Positions 25,900-41,459 of a DNA stretch of 64,000 nucleotides are shown piece by piece. This DNA is from Octopus sinensis (lineage: Eukaryota). A model generated the notes under the pieces. The model worked only from the letters and a program-made list of their open reading frames with translations. It made no database searches and was not told where the DNA came from. The translations under genes and the position numbers were made by a program. How positions within the stretch are numbered: the stretch's first letter is position 1; every line of letters starts with the position of its first letter. The stretch spans positions 147,064,001-147,128,000 of the forward strand of contig NC_042999.1 in the NCBI RefSeq assembly GCF_006345805.1. The letters are read 5' to 3'.

Positions 25900-26615
25900 A
25901 AGTACGTCTATGTCAACCACCCAACATAAATACTTCACATCCACCACTATCACCATTAAAATATAAACAACAACGATGGTAACATTGAATACAGCTACAC
26001 CAATGAAAATCTAATAAGAAAGAACTAAATCCCAGCATGTCATAACGGATGATATTTTGCATGTCCACACCGTACTCACACGTTATTATGTACATGTATT
26101 ACATAAAGTCTATGTCTGTACGTTCGTTGTCTTCTTGGTTCGACTAATGTTTATCCATGTGACGAAAAAGAAGAGGACAAAGAGAAGTATAGGAAAGAAA
26201 GAATGAATAAATGAGCGAAGGAATGAAAAAAAGACAAGGAAAAGATGGGAGAAAAATGAATGAGAGTGAGAGAGAAATAAATCTTAGATCAATATTTTTA
26301 AGAGCAATTTCAATAGGGGTGCCAGATGTTAGCAGAAACTTTCAATAGTTCGCTGCTCTTTTCGTGTCTTGCTCTAACCAGTTCATTGTTGTTATATTCG
26401 TCAGTAACCTTTTTAACACACGTCTCTTGACCCTTTTTCTTTTTTCCAATTTTTTTTTCAATGTGAAATTCCATTACAATTTCTTAAATAATTGTTATGC
26501 AGTCCGTAGATACTTTGACATTGCGTGCTTCGCTAAATATCGCAGTCTCCACCAGCTTGTTACATACTAATATCTGCCTATCTTAAAATCTAATGTGCCG
26601 AGAAAGAAAGGGAGG

Positions 26616-26649
<34 letters not shown>

Positions 26650-26682
26650 CAGAGAGAGAGAGAGACAGACAGACAGAGACAG

Positions 26683-26713
<31 letters not shown>

Positions 26714-26746
26714 GTGAAAGTGTGTGCATGCATATGTGTGGGTGTA

Positions 26747-26830
<84 letters not shown>

Positions 26831-26895
26831 ATATGTATACACAAACATGCATATATACATACATACATACACATATATATATATACATATACATA

Positions 26896-26948
<53 letters not shown>

Positions 26949-27025
26949 ATGTATATGTATATGTATATATGAACTCACACGTACACACACGCACACAAAA
27001 GCGTATATGTATGTATATATATATA

Positions 27026-27085
<60 letters not shown>

Positions 27086-27884
27086 TGCGTGTATATATAT
27101 CTGTGTGTGTGTGTGTGTGTGTGTGTATGTATGATATGTGTAAGTGTATAATTGTGAGTGTGTGTAAGTATAGTTTTTAATTTAAAAGAAATTTCTGGTC
27201 TCGGAGTATATGTGCATCTGCGTCAGCGCATGCATTCGCGTTCCTGTGCTCGCCCCTCTATGCACATACGAATGCGAGTATTTGCAAGTGCTTGTGTATA
27301 TGTGCATGTGAGTGTATGAGTGTGTGTGTGCGTTTATGTGCGCGCATACGTGTGTGTGTGTGCGTTCCAGCGCTTCCACTACGTGAGTGGTTTTAAAACT
27401 GTATTTTCAATAGAGATCATCAGAGCACACGACATTCATTGTGTGTGTGTGTTTTTTTTCTTCTATTAACAATGGAGCTTTCTTGTTTCCTTCATTTAAT
27501 CATTGGTTGCGGTAGTTTCCATATTGAGGCTCGTAAATGGATTTCGGTAGAACGATGTGGATGTCAGAAACGTCTTAACTTTCAACTATTTCCATGTAAA
27601 GAAAACAGCATCTTTAGTTATATTTACAAAGAGATCTGTTATATTTAGACATGCACATACACAAATTCATAGACACACACACACAAACACAAACACACAC
27701 ACATACACACACTCACAAACCCCTATGTTTGTATGTTTTTATATGCATGTGTGTAGAAAAGTATAAGTGTATATATGTATGCTTTTATATATGCACGTAT
27801 GTAGAAAAATTGTGTTTGTATCTCTCTCTGTCTCTATCTATCTATGCATACACACACACACACGCACACATATATATATATGCT

Positions 27885-28930
27885 GTAGGGAGTTATTAAC
27901 AATGGTACGCCCTTCCCATGTGACGAATGGAATAACCTAGTCACTATGAGTAAAGAGAAGTATGTGAAATACCAGAGTATATAGTAGGTGGTCAGAGACA
28001 GTTGTATTTTTGAGCCTGATGACGCCATTTTTTTTCTGCTTTTACAATATAAGCATGGCCGTTCCACTAGAAATGTGCACTAAAGAAGGACAAAGAGCAG
28101 TGATCCGATTTATCTGGTTGAAAGGTGTCTCAGGCGCTGAAATTCATCGGAGGCTTATAGCACAATACGGGGACGCCCATCATCCTTCACCACTGACGAG
28201 AAGATTCAGCAAACCCGAGAGGTGGTAATGGTGAACTGACGAGTTATCAATGATGATGAGATAGCTCCTTCTTTGTAGATTAGTCATGGTTCTGCCTATC
28301 AAATCACCCATCATAAGCTAGGCTTCCATAAAGTCTGTGCAAGATAGGTGACAAGAGTGCTTACTGCAAAGCCCAAGCGCAAACATCTTGAGGTCTATCA
28401 ACGTTAACTCGATCGCTACAGCAGTAAGGGCGAGGAATTTTGGAGCATAATAGTTACAGTAAATGAAACATGGGTCCATCATTATGAGGCAGAATCCAAA
28501 AGACAGAACCATGGAGTGGAAATATCCTGGCTCGTCAGCAACAAAGAAATTCAAGACTCAGTCTTCTGCGGTAAAGGTGATGCTAAACCTCTTTGGGGAG
28601 CCATAAAAGGTCCTATACTGGAAGACAACCCGGAAAAGATGTATACGATCAACAGTGCAAGATAGAGTGCTTTGTTGGCCAACAAACTGAAACCAACAAT
28701 TCGCACCAAACACCGAAACCTATTGTGGAAAGGAAAGAAGTTTTGCTGTTGCATGACAATGCACGCCTAACACACGGCCGGCCGGACCATTGAAACTATT
28801 AACCAATTGGGTTTTGAGGTACTGGAATACCCTGCCTACAGCCCAGATCTCACCTCTTCCGACTATCATATCTTTGGACCGCGCAAAGATGGTTTTCGAG
28901 GTCGTCGATTTACTGCGGATGAAGATGACC
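27885..28930 (+). mobile_element. Degenerate mariner transposon, 3'-truncated
   Basis: QRAVIRFIWLKGVSGAEIHRRL, NETWVHHYE, LLHDNAR and YSPDLTSSDYHIFG spread over several frames. Confidence 0.9.
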
Positions 28931-29933
28931 GCTTTTGCTGCCGCTGCCGGTGTGCTGCCGCCACCAGTCGTGCAACGGCTGCTACCGATGTGCAGTTGAC
29001 ACCACTGCAGTGGTTACTTTTGCTAATGCAGTTGTTGTAGCTCCTGTTGATGATAGCATTGTTGCTGATGTTGTGGTTCCTGTTATTCTCGTTTGCCGCT
29101 ACAGCATTTGGGCTTTGAACTGTAAGGAAAGAAGTAAGTTCTATCCTCCAATTCCGTGAGCAGAATCATTTGTTCATTAGAATTGCTGCTACATATATTG
29201 CTTTTCTGAATATTGTTATAATTCTGATGCTGCTATTCTCTAGTCTCTGATCCCTCTCCTAGCGAATATGGTGTCATTCTGCTACTACGCTACTGAAGCA
29301 TTTTGTTGGTGTCAGCTACGCCAAATTTTTCGAATTTGGAGAGAAGACAAAAAATTACGTGTCTCTCATGCAGAATTAGCAGAAACGTGGAAAGTGAATA
29401 AAAAACACACTTCCAGTTACGAAAAGAAAGATAAGAAATGTAAAATATAATGCACGACATGCTGAAAATTTTTAAACTACACACCAACACACATGCACAC
29501 ACAAAAACATGTGTGTACACCCATGTATATACATACATGTATGCACACACATATACATATAGTTAACATTATTTGGAACTCGCAAAATTCACTGAATGGT
29601 ATTCGCTATCTGAGATGATATGAGTCAAGGGATTGTACTTGAAATGTACCCGATTAAAACTTAATAATAAGAGATCACTTCTTTTATTCGTTACAAAGAC
29701 ATATCAAATGAAATACGCTCAAATTCATAGATCAACACAAAACCTACTTCATGTTCAAAACATAAAATTTAAGTTTCCCACTTTACACTTATGTATGTAA
29801 ACACATGTTCTCGTGCATCCGCGCACATGCACACACTCCTCCATAATCAAATCTATTTTACACAAACTAGCTATCTATGCACACACGTACACACAAATGC
29901 ATATTTTCATAATCAAGTTTACTAGAATTCTAA

Positions 29934-30350
29934 AGGCAGCGAGCTGGCAGAAACGTTAGCACGCCGGGCGAAATGCTTAGCAGTATTTTGTCTGCCGTTA
30001 CGTCCTGAGTACAAACTCCGCCGAGGTCGACTTTGCCTTTCATCATTTTGTGGTCGATTAAATAAGTACCAGTTATTCACTGGGGTCGATATAGTCGACT
30101 TAATCCGTTTGTCTGACCTTGTTTGCCCCCTCTGTGTGTAGCCCCTTGTGGGCAGTAAAGAAATAGGTATTTCGTCTGCCGCTACATTCTGAGTTCAAAT
30201 TCCACCGAGGTCGACTTTGCCTTTCATCCTTACGAGGTCGATAAATTAAGTTCCAGTTATGCACTGGTGTCGATGTAATCCACTTAATTCCTTTGTCTGT
30301 CCTTGTTTGTGCCCCTTTATGTTTAGCCCCTTGTGGGCAAAAAAGAAATA
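29934..30350 (+). mobile_element. SINE family A dimer (head + 2 units)
   Basis: Imperfect TSD aagtttactagaattctaaa / aagtttactacgattccaaa; two tandem units. Confidence 0.9.
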
Positions 30351-31869
30351 AGTTTACTACGATTCCAAATGTCGTCTCCATTATTGCAACTAGTCATAAA
30401 AAAATGCCAGTTGGAATCTCTGTAGATTAATGCCATTACTAAATATTACATCGTTATTTCCAACTTTGAGTTTAAAATACTATTTTAATATACACACAAA
30501 CATGAAAATATGTATGCAAGTATATACATATATAGTTTTGTATGGGTGTTAGAGTGTGCGAGTGTGTGTGTATGCGTGTATAGCAGTAGACAAAGATAGA
30601 TTAATAGTTAAATAAATAAACATTTAACTAGATAGAAACATCAATAGATGTATAGATAGCACGAGCCTGCATCAATTTTATCGTTGTAATATGTTGGACG
30701 ATTTCTTTTTTTTTTAGATAATTGTGTTCGAACTCCAAAAATCAACTACAATATTTATAGGCTTTCAAAGTCACATCTTCGGGATAAACTTTACGCTATC
30801 TTGTGTTACCGAATTTTGATACAACGCAGAGTCAATATGGCTACAAAAGTCATTATCATTAAATAGTAAAACGAAATTGAAATATTTTTAAAAACCGAGA
30901 TTTTGGATGATCTAATCGCAGTCAGTGTTGGATCTTCCGCAATGTTGATAACGACAACTGTGTGAAATAAAATCCAAAATGGAATATATTCTCCTTCAGT
31001 TAAACATGTTAGATATGGAGAAAAAAATGCAGCAGAATATGAACACGTTTGCCAAAAAGTCAACAACCATAAAATAACAATAATAATAATGATGATGATG
31101 ATGATGCTGATGCGGATGATGTTAATGATAATAGTCATCATAATAATAAGAATAATTATCATCATTATACACACCACTATTAATTTCATATTGTATTGAC
31201 TCATTTTTATCTGGTCTGCCACTGCAATGATACATTTAGTGCAGTTTTACAGTTTATTAAACATAGCAATTTATTAAGCATAGAAGCATTATTTCCTGAT
31301 TTTCTTTAATTCATGCATTATTTATAGACATTTTATATGACCATATGCTATTTAGTGTAAACTTTTAATGCTTGTTAACATTTAATGTTGGTTTTATGCA
31401 AAAAGTTTCAAATTTACTCGAGGAAAAATCTCTGAGAAATGTGATTCATTATAGAAAATGCATAAATGCATACATACACGTAAACCCGATAATGTAGCGA
31501 CACTCATTCACTCGGACTTAAAGCCGCACTCCAGCACAAACATACACACACACACACACACACAGACACACGAATTGATAATAAAGGAGACATACATCCA
31601 GATTTATTCTGCTGTCAATCACGTGTTTCATTTCTGCACTTACACATGTTTCTGCTGCAATTTTGTGCATACTACAAAATTTTACATCACGGTGAGCATT
31701 CTGATGTTAACTGCCGCTACTTCAGGGTGCTATGTACAGCGTTTCAGATCCCGTCTGAAGTAAATAAAAGTCCAAGCAATATATTTTTATTGAACATGTA
31801 TTTAGTTTCGATGAATACGTTACATGCTAGGATTGTATATCCCTGTCAACCTAATTTAGAAATTTACCT

Positions 31870-32002
31870 AGGGTGTCCCCGAAAAATGTATACACACTTT
31901 AGCAGCTGATAACTCAATTGATGTTTTTTTTTCTTTCCAGATAAAACCCATTGGAATTAATGATGACAGTCACACTAAGCTTTGAACAAAATAAATTCAT
32001 CG
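31870..32002 (+). mobile_element. 5' end fragment of the DD41D element family
   Basis: aactcaattgatgttttt..ctttccagat.aaaccca..ggaattaatgatg matches the reverse complement of 21090-21185; starts agggtgtccc (TIR-like). Confidence 0.8.
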
Positions 32003-32174
32003 TAGCGTTGAAGTTGGAATATATATATATGTATGTATGTATTATTATTGGCATCCTTTCTGTCTCGGGAGACAATGGAGTTGCGCATGAAGGAGTCTAG
32101 TCCGGCTTTTATATTTCATGTCCTGATACATTTCCTGCTGTGGCTGTGTACTAAATGTATCAGGGCATATATAT

Positions 32175-32408
32175 ATATGTATGTATGTATGTATGTATAT
32201 ATGTAAGTATGTATGTATGTATGTATGTATGTATGTATGTATGTATGTATGTATGTATGTATGTATGCATGTATGTATGTATGTATGTATGTATGTATGT
32301 ATGTATGTATGTATGTATGTATGTATGTATGTATGTATGTATGTATGTATGTATGTATGCATGTATGTATGTATGTATGTATGTATGTATGTATGTATGT
32401 ATGTATGT
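32175..32408. repeat. (TATG)n microsatellite
   Basis: Seen directly. Confidence 0.95.
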
Positions 32409-33066
32409 GTGTGTAGAAAAGAAGAGAAATGGAGCAATAATTAACAACGAGAAGTTGATCATTGTTATAGGATAGATTACCGACTCACATTACACGTTAT
32501 AATTGTTATTGATTCTTATTTATGTACACTTCAACTCTTTTTATTATTCATTTACATGGCCCATATGTATACACTATGTCGTACAAACTTTAAATGGCAT
32601 CCTTAGTTTTTAGCAAGGGCCTGTCAAATAATCATTGTCCCCACTCAATGGAGGAAACTACAAACACGTGGAACACAACAAGTCACTAAAATTTTAGCTT
32701 AAAGACTTAACGAACATTTTCCCTTTTACTTTCCCTTTTCAATTCATTACCCTCTAAAATCATTCTGCAGTGTTTGTTAAATGTAAAGAAGTAAATTTAC
32801 ACTGATTTCATAAAAAGAAACAGCTGTAAATGGCTCCGAACAACAATTAAATAATGACTTTTTAATACAAATGATCAACTTCTCATTGCTAATTATTGCT
32901 TCACTTCTCTTCTTTTCAATATATATTAAACCACGGTTTTACCTTTAAATTATCTACTACTGTATACCTTATAGCTAGGGCTATACATAGTAAGGTAATA
33001 CACCAGGAGTGTCTACGGATACATCTATCCCGTAGATGGGTGCATAACCTGTAGCTTATATTTTGC

Positions 33067-33129
<63 letters not shown>

Positions 33130-33263
33130 TATATATATATACGTATATATATATATGTATATATATATAAATAAATAAATATATATGTGTGTGTATATGT
33201 ATATATGTATGTATGTATGGTAGATGAAAAACACAAGATGGGATATACGAGAATTTATAATTA

Positions 33264-33315
33264 ATCACGTCAATTGTTTCGACACCGGCGGTGTAGATGT
33301 GTCTCATCAGGTGAT
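33264..33315 (-). ncRNA. Type-I hammerhead motif with non-canonical triplet GAC
   Basis: Reverse strand ATCAC-CTGATGA-GACAC-13nt-GTGTC-GAAAC-AATT-GAC-GTGAT; sits in a ~130-bp island between TA-rich repeats. Confidence 0.8.
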
Positions 33316-34074
33316 AAATAAAAACAACTCATTAATACAACACATCCGCATATATATATTTATAAAGCAAATAAGTAACATGGACGTCCGGGTAGCAGTG
33401 CATTACCTGACACCTGAACATCCTTGTTACTTATATGCTTTCTATTCATCTAACGTCAAGCTATGCGGAAATTACCGGACCGATCTGGTGCCTCAACTGA
33501 AGTACATAATTTAACTGAATCTTAATTATTTCTTGTACGTGTGTGTCTGTGTGTGTCTGTGTGTGTCTGTATGTGTCTGTGTGTGTCTGTGTGTGTCTGT
33601 GTGTGTGTGTGTGTGCAAACATTAGGGAATGGAGTAAATAAACTTTTGGGAAATAGATCTAAATGCAGTTCGAAGGAATCCCCATCGTGGTAACACGGGA
33701 TTTCCTAACGACAATGCATACTTCATATAGTCATTATATCATTGGCTTGAAGAGTAGCTTGAGGGCAAACCTGTCATTGGGATAATGTACTACTTCCGAC
33801 GGTTTGCTCGCTATGAAACCTATATAGCTTGAATTTTATCCCTTCCATTCCCTCTTTTTTTAATGTTTATTAGCATATACAACACCCCTATTGCTAACCG
33901 TGAACTGTAAACTTAAATTTGTTAAGCTTATAGTACTTCGATACGAGAAGAATTCATAAAAGTCTGCACCAATAGGCCACTATTGTTCCTGAAAATTTTA
34001 CGTATGTCTTCTATGGATTGTTTGTAGCCACTAACTTCTTGTATGTTGATCAGTTGAGCTTACCTTTACACACA

Positions 34075-34112
<38 letters not shown>

Positions 34113-34164
34113 ATTTCGCCTGAAGATCGTAGTGTCGTGAAATTCGAACTTCATATGAAACTCT

Positions 34165-34412
<248 letters not shown>

Positions 34413-34427
34413 TGTATGTGTATGTTA

Positions 34428-35261
34428 GTGGTAGAAAATGTGGTGCCACATGTTAATGAAGCAACAATGCTTATGGCTTGCGGCATCAGAGACAAAGTCT
34501 TTATACCCAGGATACCTCTTACTCCACCAGATAAGCAATGCCTTTGTCCCTTGCGTCGAGTTCAGTTCCCTCTTCGTCTTTGCTTCGCCATGTCCATCAA
34601 CAAGTCCCAAGGACAAACACTAACAACAACAGGCCTCTTTTTAAGCCAACCATGCTTCTCCCACGGTCAGTTATACGTCGGATGTTCAAAAGTCGGAAAA
34701 TCTGTGTTCGCCCTGAAAGCCAAAACGAAAAATATCGTCTACCGTGAGGTGCTGTAGGCCGTCCAACATGCCGCAGCTTCCTTGCCGAACAGGTTTTTGG
34801 TGAGTGAGTACTATTGTTGCTATTCTTTCAAAGTTTCCTGTTTATAGGACTTTTCTTTTTTATTTTGTCCGCTACAGCTTCTCCCTTGCAGATGGCTTGA
34901 GTTTTGGCATTTCTGCACCCAGCGCTTTTCATGTGTCCGAAAAAGGACGTTTATACCTGTGAATGGTTAACAACCATTTTCAGGGCTATTGTGAGAACGA
35001 TAACACGACCCTTTTCAGGGCTACTTTATATTCAGTTGTTGCACCTCATGAGATACTCTTGTCGATTCTCCAGGGGTTTTCACCCCGTTGTTACTACTTT
35101 ATTGATGGTCTATGGGAAAATCACTTCTTCTTCAATCCCAATGTTTGTGACTTAGCGCAAACAATATTCGAAGAGCTGTACAAAAAAAAAAAAATGCTAG
35201 AAAACATTAAAGACCAATGCCGAGTATTTAATACTCGACCAAAGCCGGGTACTCCTGCTGT
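34428..35261 (+). mobile_element. Helitron 3' fragment: PIF1-like helicase C-terminus plus 3' end
   Basis: VFIPRIPLTP..RRVQFPLRLCFAMSINKSQGQTL..CFSHGQLYVGCS..TKNIVYREVL* (stop at 34757); terminal hairpin ctcgaccaaagccggg then a degenerate CT(A)G-T. Confidence 0.9.
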
Positions 35262-35787
35262 TATATATATATATATATATATATATACATGCAGGTATAT
35301 TGTTATACTTGTTCTTTTTTAAATAAATAGACATAATATAATTATCTAAAAGTTGATGAATACCACCTCATGATCCCTTCCATTTTCTTATTGCTGTATA
35401 TATATATATATATATACATAAACGTACAAGTATACATATACAAGTGAATACATATGTTTTTGAGTGAATACGTGTGTGCGTTTGTGCGTGTGTCTGCGTA
35501 AGTGTTTGTGTGCGTGCTTGTGTTTGTGCGTGAGTGCATATGTGTGCGTGTGCGCGCGTGCGTTTCAGCTGAAAAGCGTAGCGTCCTGATATTCGAACCA
35601 CATACGAAACTCTGTTTCAGTTTCTATAATAAAGGATGTATTAATCAATTTTCTCTCTATAAACATACACAGGCATATGTGTATTTGCATATATAGACAG
35701 ACAGATACGCTCGTACACAAGCACACACACACCACACACACACACATATACATATATATTAATATATATATATATTATATATATATA

Positions 35788-35893
<106 letters not shown>

Positions 35894-35901
35894 ATAAATA
35901 A

Positions 35902-35979
<78 letters not shown>

Positions 35980-36049
35980 GTATTAAGGCAACGTACGTAA
36001 TTAAAACAAGGCAATAAAGTCACTATGAGTTATGTCTTGCTTACTCATG

Positions 36050-38350
36050 ATTTTACACTTTTATACAGCTCATAATAACAAGTCTTGGCATCACAATGAG
36101 TCTTTTAAATATTAACAATGGAAAGGAAAATGTCTCGACCGATAATCGAAAGTAGTCATGATTGTTACACCCAATACCAAATATTATTGTTTAGACTACA
36201 TATATGAACCTATCAGACCAATAAAATCCAGCTTAATGATAACTCCACTCATTGAAGGCGACAAATATACTGCCAGTTTAATTGGTAGAAATAGAAGTAA
36301 AATGCTCTTATTTCGTTAAAATGTAGGAATGTACATGATTAAAATAATAATCGAGAGAATATGGGAGATAGAAGACGAGTTTGTTACGGCTGGATATGTG
36401 AAACACAGCGAAATAGTTCAAGACACAAAGACAAGCAGTACACAAAAGAGAATAATATAAAGTATAACCTTGAATAAGAAGCTTTTAAAGTCTTTACAAT
36501 CGAAGCAAATTATCAGAAATAGTAACTTCAGAGGGAAGTCATTAATCAAGACTTCACATACTTGTACCATAAATCATAAGCTAGAGGAGGAGTAGCAGCA
36601 AAAATAACAATAACCCTGGTGTAACCATTTTGACCTGCACAGAATCATTCATCGAAACGTGGATATCAATCAAAAGAGTGACACAAAACATTATAGGCAT
36701 TCAGGAAAATGCAACCGAAGAAAACATTAACAATGTAGACATATATATAGCATATACAACCTTATCAACTGTTCCAGTAGGTTACACACGCAGCCAAAAA
36801 TATTCTAAGGCCCATAAATTTCGGAAGACGTAAATGAACACAATGCATCCTGATCGCAAACTGTGAAGAAAATGCAAAGGGTCTCAAGTACTAAAGTCAT
36901 TGTTTTTAGTATGTAAATACTAAAAAAAAAAAAAATCCCATCAAATATCACAACCACAAACTTTACCGAGCTAGCGGCATGCCTCTTTTCTAGACATCAC
37001 CCGCTCAACAAAGATAGTTTCTATAGTTACTTAGCATACATTTCTCAAATGTTGGTGATCATCAACCTATCAGTATTACAATATATGCACATGAATAAAG
37101 AAAGGAAAACAATAATGGAAACATCCAACTGAGCCTAGACAAACCGATTCTAGCACGAAGCAGAATGGAAGTTTGTAGAATTCTATAAAACTACATACAA
37201 TCACCTACATAGACGTTGGAGTTCAGGCATGCAACAAAATAGATGTTGACACACAGAAAAATATTCTATAAATCAATATCAAAATACAACCCGATTTACA
37301 CAACAGAAATAGCTAACTTGATAAAAAAACAAAACAGTACTAAGGAAAATTTTCAAACAATAGAACACCACACACGTAATAAAAACAAGACTGAGCTCCA
37401 AAGAACTAAACAAAGAACAACAAAGAACAACAAAAAGCTGTTTAGAAATTGTGTCCAACATGAATCACAAAACAAGCAGCAAAACGTTATCGAAAGTAAT
37501 TAGCATACCATGTAACGTGAACATCTGATACAAGTTTCATAAGGATTCACTATCAAAAGATTTCTGAACTTCTCAAATTAAGTCATATTCAAAGAAACAT
37601 TGTACTTGTGGGGTGTGTTGCATTGTTGTTTAGCCACCAGCTGTTGATATTCCCACAATGCAGCATCATCGGCAGAATGAAGTGAAGGAAAGAAAATTGA
37701 ATTATAGTATTCTTCTCGATAAACATTTCGTGCTAATTAGCGATTTGGAACAGGTATTATTTTAGAAAATTTTTAACAATGGCCACACGCCTCATATCAA
37801 ACCAGAGCAAATAAATTCCTTTATCGAATATTCAAATATCCTTCTAAATTAAACCAACAAAACCTGCAGAAGAAATATAATGAATATTAAAGACGTTTCT
37901 AGTATAGATATATTTTTTATAAAAAATTATAACGATCTCTATCCAGTATTTCCGCTACGATTGACAAGGGACGCGAAATAAAATACCCGAACTTGAATCA
38001 ACTCCGAACTTAACAAAATACTATAAATTCATTGAAAAAGTACAAAATCATTAAAATTCATGAGGATTTGTGGGAAAAGTCACAACTGAAAACGATCCCA
38101 TACAAACAACCGGGATAGCATTAAGCAACACAATGCCATGTACATTAGAAAAATATTCCTAAATACTCATTCCATATATTTCCAACCAATAAATTTCTCT
38201 ACGAACTTACAAAACAGAAATGTAACACATAACCTCTACCCTTCTCGCAACAATTACACAGAAGTATAAGGTGAAATTTGATAGGGAAAGATACATCGCT
38301 GTGGACCATCACAACGATAATGACCACCTGGAAATGTCTCAGGTCTATTA
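36050..38350 (+). pseudogene. Very degraded LINE-like relic
   Basis: Long A-rich non-microsatellite block; no motif I can firmly align. Confidence 0.3.
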
Positions 38351-38729
38351 GCATCTAACTAACCGTTCATATATAAAATACTCAAAACTCCTAAAGGAAA
38401 TGCTCGCTCGCGCACACGCGCGCTTACACATATATATATATATACACACACACACGCAAAAACATGCACACACGCACGCAAGTACCAGTACATAATTGGA
38501 CGAAGTTTTATAACCTGACAATTTTTGAACGGGAAACAGATTTGTGTAACGGGTCTGATTGGTGGTGATACGTGACCTGCGCTTACAAAACAAACAACAA
38601 TAATGAGTGCTGCAATAAGCACAAGCTCACAAGAATTTTTGAGGAAATGAACAAGATAAATACTGGATTCAACGTAATCACCAATGCTGCAAGCATTTTG
38701 ATTATGTGCTCTGATTGTAACCACTATTC

Positions 38730-38966
38730 CTTCTACTCTTTTACTTGTTTCAGTCATTTGACTGCAGGCATGCTGAAGCACCGTCTTTAGTGGAACAAAT
38801 CGAACACATAACTTATTCCTTGTAAGCCCAGTCCTTATTCTATCGGACTCTTTCGCCGAACCGCTAAGTTACGGAGATGTAAGCGCACCAACATCGGTTG
38901 TCAAGAGATGGTGAGGGACAAAGACAGACATACACACACACAGATACAAACATATATATATATATT

Positions 38967-39002
<36 letters not shown>

Positions 39003-39158
39003 CGGCAGGGTTCTTTCAGTTTCCATCTACCAAATCCACACACAAGGTTTTAGGCAGCCCGAAGCTATAGTTGAAGACACTTGCCATGCTGTGGGACCGA
39101 ACCCGCAAACCTGTGCTTGGAAAGCGAGCTTCTTACCACACAGTGACGACTGTACCTA
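38730..39158 (-). mobile_element. SINE family B copy with internal (TA)n
   Basis: Collinear with 53652-54052 (cttgtttcagtcatttgactg...gaaccgctaagttacgg...ctaccaaatccac). Confidence 0.85.
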
Positions 39159-39168
39159 TTATTATTAC

Positions 39169-39254
<86 letters not shown>

Positions 39255-39255
<1 letters not shown>

Positions 39256-40560
39256 TGCCTTTGCACAGCTTCTAACGCTGGAGATGTACTACGATGTCAG
39301 CAGTTAACCATCATTGAACTAAGGTAACACCTCTTTTTGTGCAAGCACCTTCCGGAATATTCGAGCGGTTCCAACCCCTACTGTTTTCTGCAAGTGCTCC
39401 ACCCTTATTGCAGCCCCTATTTGTTCCATGTATTTCTCAAGATTTTTACTCACTGTTCCCAGGGCTCCGACAATTATTGGTACTACTACCAAATTTTTCA
39501 TCGATCATAACTGCTTAACTTCCAAAGCTAAACTGTCATATCTCCCAAATTTTCTTTCTTCCTTATCTCATGCCTTGTTGTCAGCTGGGCATGCTATATC
39601 TATGATCCAGAATAGTCTGTTTTCTTTCTCAATTAAGATTATCTCCGGCTTCCTATTCTCTATCTCATGGTCGCACGGAATCACAAAATTCCATAGGATC
39701 TTTGCATTTCTATTTTCGATGATGCCTTCAGGTTTGTGGTCCTACCAATCTTTTGCCCTGTCAAGTCCATACTTCTTGTAGGGTGCCCAATGGACAAGCC
39801 TGGCTATATCATCGTGGCGTCTCTTATATTCCTTCTGGGCTAGTGGCGTACATTGGCTGGTAATATGCCACACGGTTTCACCGTTTTGTCCACAGATTCT
39901 GCACTTATCATTTTCTGTTGTGTTGTCTATTCTGTATTTTATGTAATTTGTTCTTAGTTCTTGTTCTTGGGCAGCACAGACTAGAGCATCCATTTCCGGT
40001 TTTAAATCCCTTTTAGACATGCACAGCCATCTTTTTTCTCTGTCTGTCTTATCTTCAGCATCCCTATAAAATTGACCATGCATTCTTTTCTTTACCCACC
40101 TATTTTCAGTTTCATTCGTTTTCAGTTTTTTGTATAGTGCTTTATCATTGCAATATTTCATCCTACACAAGCCTGACCTTCCTACTTCTAATAATTGCAG
40201 TTCTGTGGCATTTTTTACATACCATGCTATGTTGTTTTCTTCTACTCTAATAAGTCCTCTCTCCCCTCTTCTTGGTACATATAGTCTGTGTCACTTTTTG
40301 GGTGGAGTGATCCATATGTTATTGCTCTAGCATGATCACATAGTCCCTTTTTTCTCCAATGATCATACATACGTTGTCGTTAACCGCTAATTTGAGCACC
40401 ATCTTCATCTACCGGGCTGTTCAGGTAATAATACTCCAAGACCACAGCATTAATTTGCTTGCTCCATCTACGCTGTATATGGTGGTCCCATGATAGACAT
40501 CGACAGGCTGGAGTCAGACCAGAATCTCTGAGCCTACCGGGAGTAACACTATCACCATCA
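39255..40560 (-). mobile_element. R4/Dong-type LINE with large internal deletion, between (TAA)n arrays
   Basis: KRMHGQF, CRICGQNGETVWHITSQC..YKRRHD (CCHC), VVPIIVGALGTV endonuclease C-terminus; N-terminal WSKQINAVVLEYYY at 40380-40500; RT core missing. Confidence 0.85.
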
Positions 40561-40731
40561 TTAGCTTCAGTTTCATTACCACCGTTATTCACAATATTAT
40601 GTTTTTTCACAGGCACTCATATGAGGTAGCGATAACGAAGTTGCACAGTTACCAGTGTTATAATTGTGACACCATCACTAGATGTATCATTAATCAGCTC
40701 GTGAGGAGGAGGAGGCTCCACCCGTTTCCTT

Positions 40732-40810
<79 letters not shown>

Positions 40811-41321
40811 CATTATTATTATTATTATTATCATTATCACTGACATCACTTATATTATTGTTTTTATATGTAGTAGCAGCAGTGGTTGCAGCAACAGCAA
40901 CAGTAGCGTGGGTAGGGGTAGTGGTAATGGTGGTAGTTGGGCCTCAGATTCCTGTACTATCATAACAGTAGTAGTTGTAGTGTTAATGTAGTGTCAGTAG
41001 TATTTAGTATTAGCAGCTGCAGCATATTATTATTACTTTAATTTTATCATTATCAGCATCACCACCACTACCATTGTTTGAGGGAAAGTTTGGGTAGCAG
41101 TTTGGGGAATAGATCATATTTACTAGTCTATAAATAAATTCGGCAGATGCTGGGGAGGTCAACCATAAAGACAAAGGACACTTCGCAACCCTTTGGGTCA
41201 GCAGAGGTCAAACGTCTTTACTACTACCAGTGGATACTGGGAGCGCTGCCCTGGAAAGTAGCAATTCAACCTGTCTCATTGGTAGAAAAAACAATAATAA
41301 TAATATATATAGACACACACA

Positions 41322-41369
<48 letters not shown>

Positions 41370-41459
41370 ACACACATTTACTGATATTCATGTCGATGAA
41401 CTTTTGAATTTCTAAATTCAATTGTGTTGTTGCAATAAAACGCGTGTTTATGTATTTGG

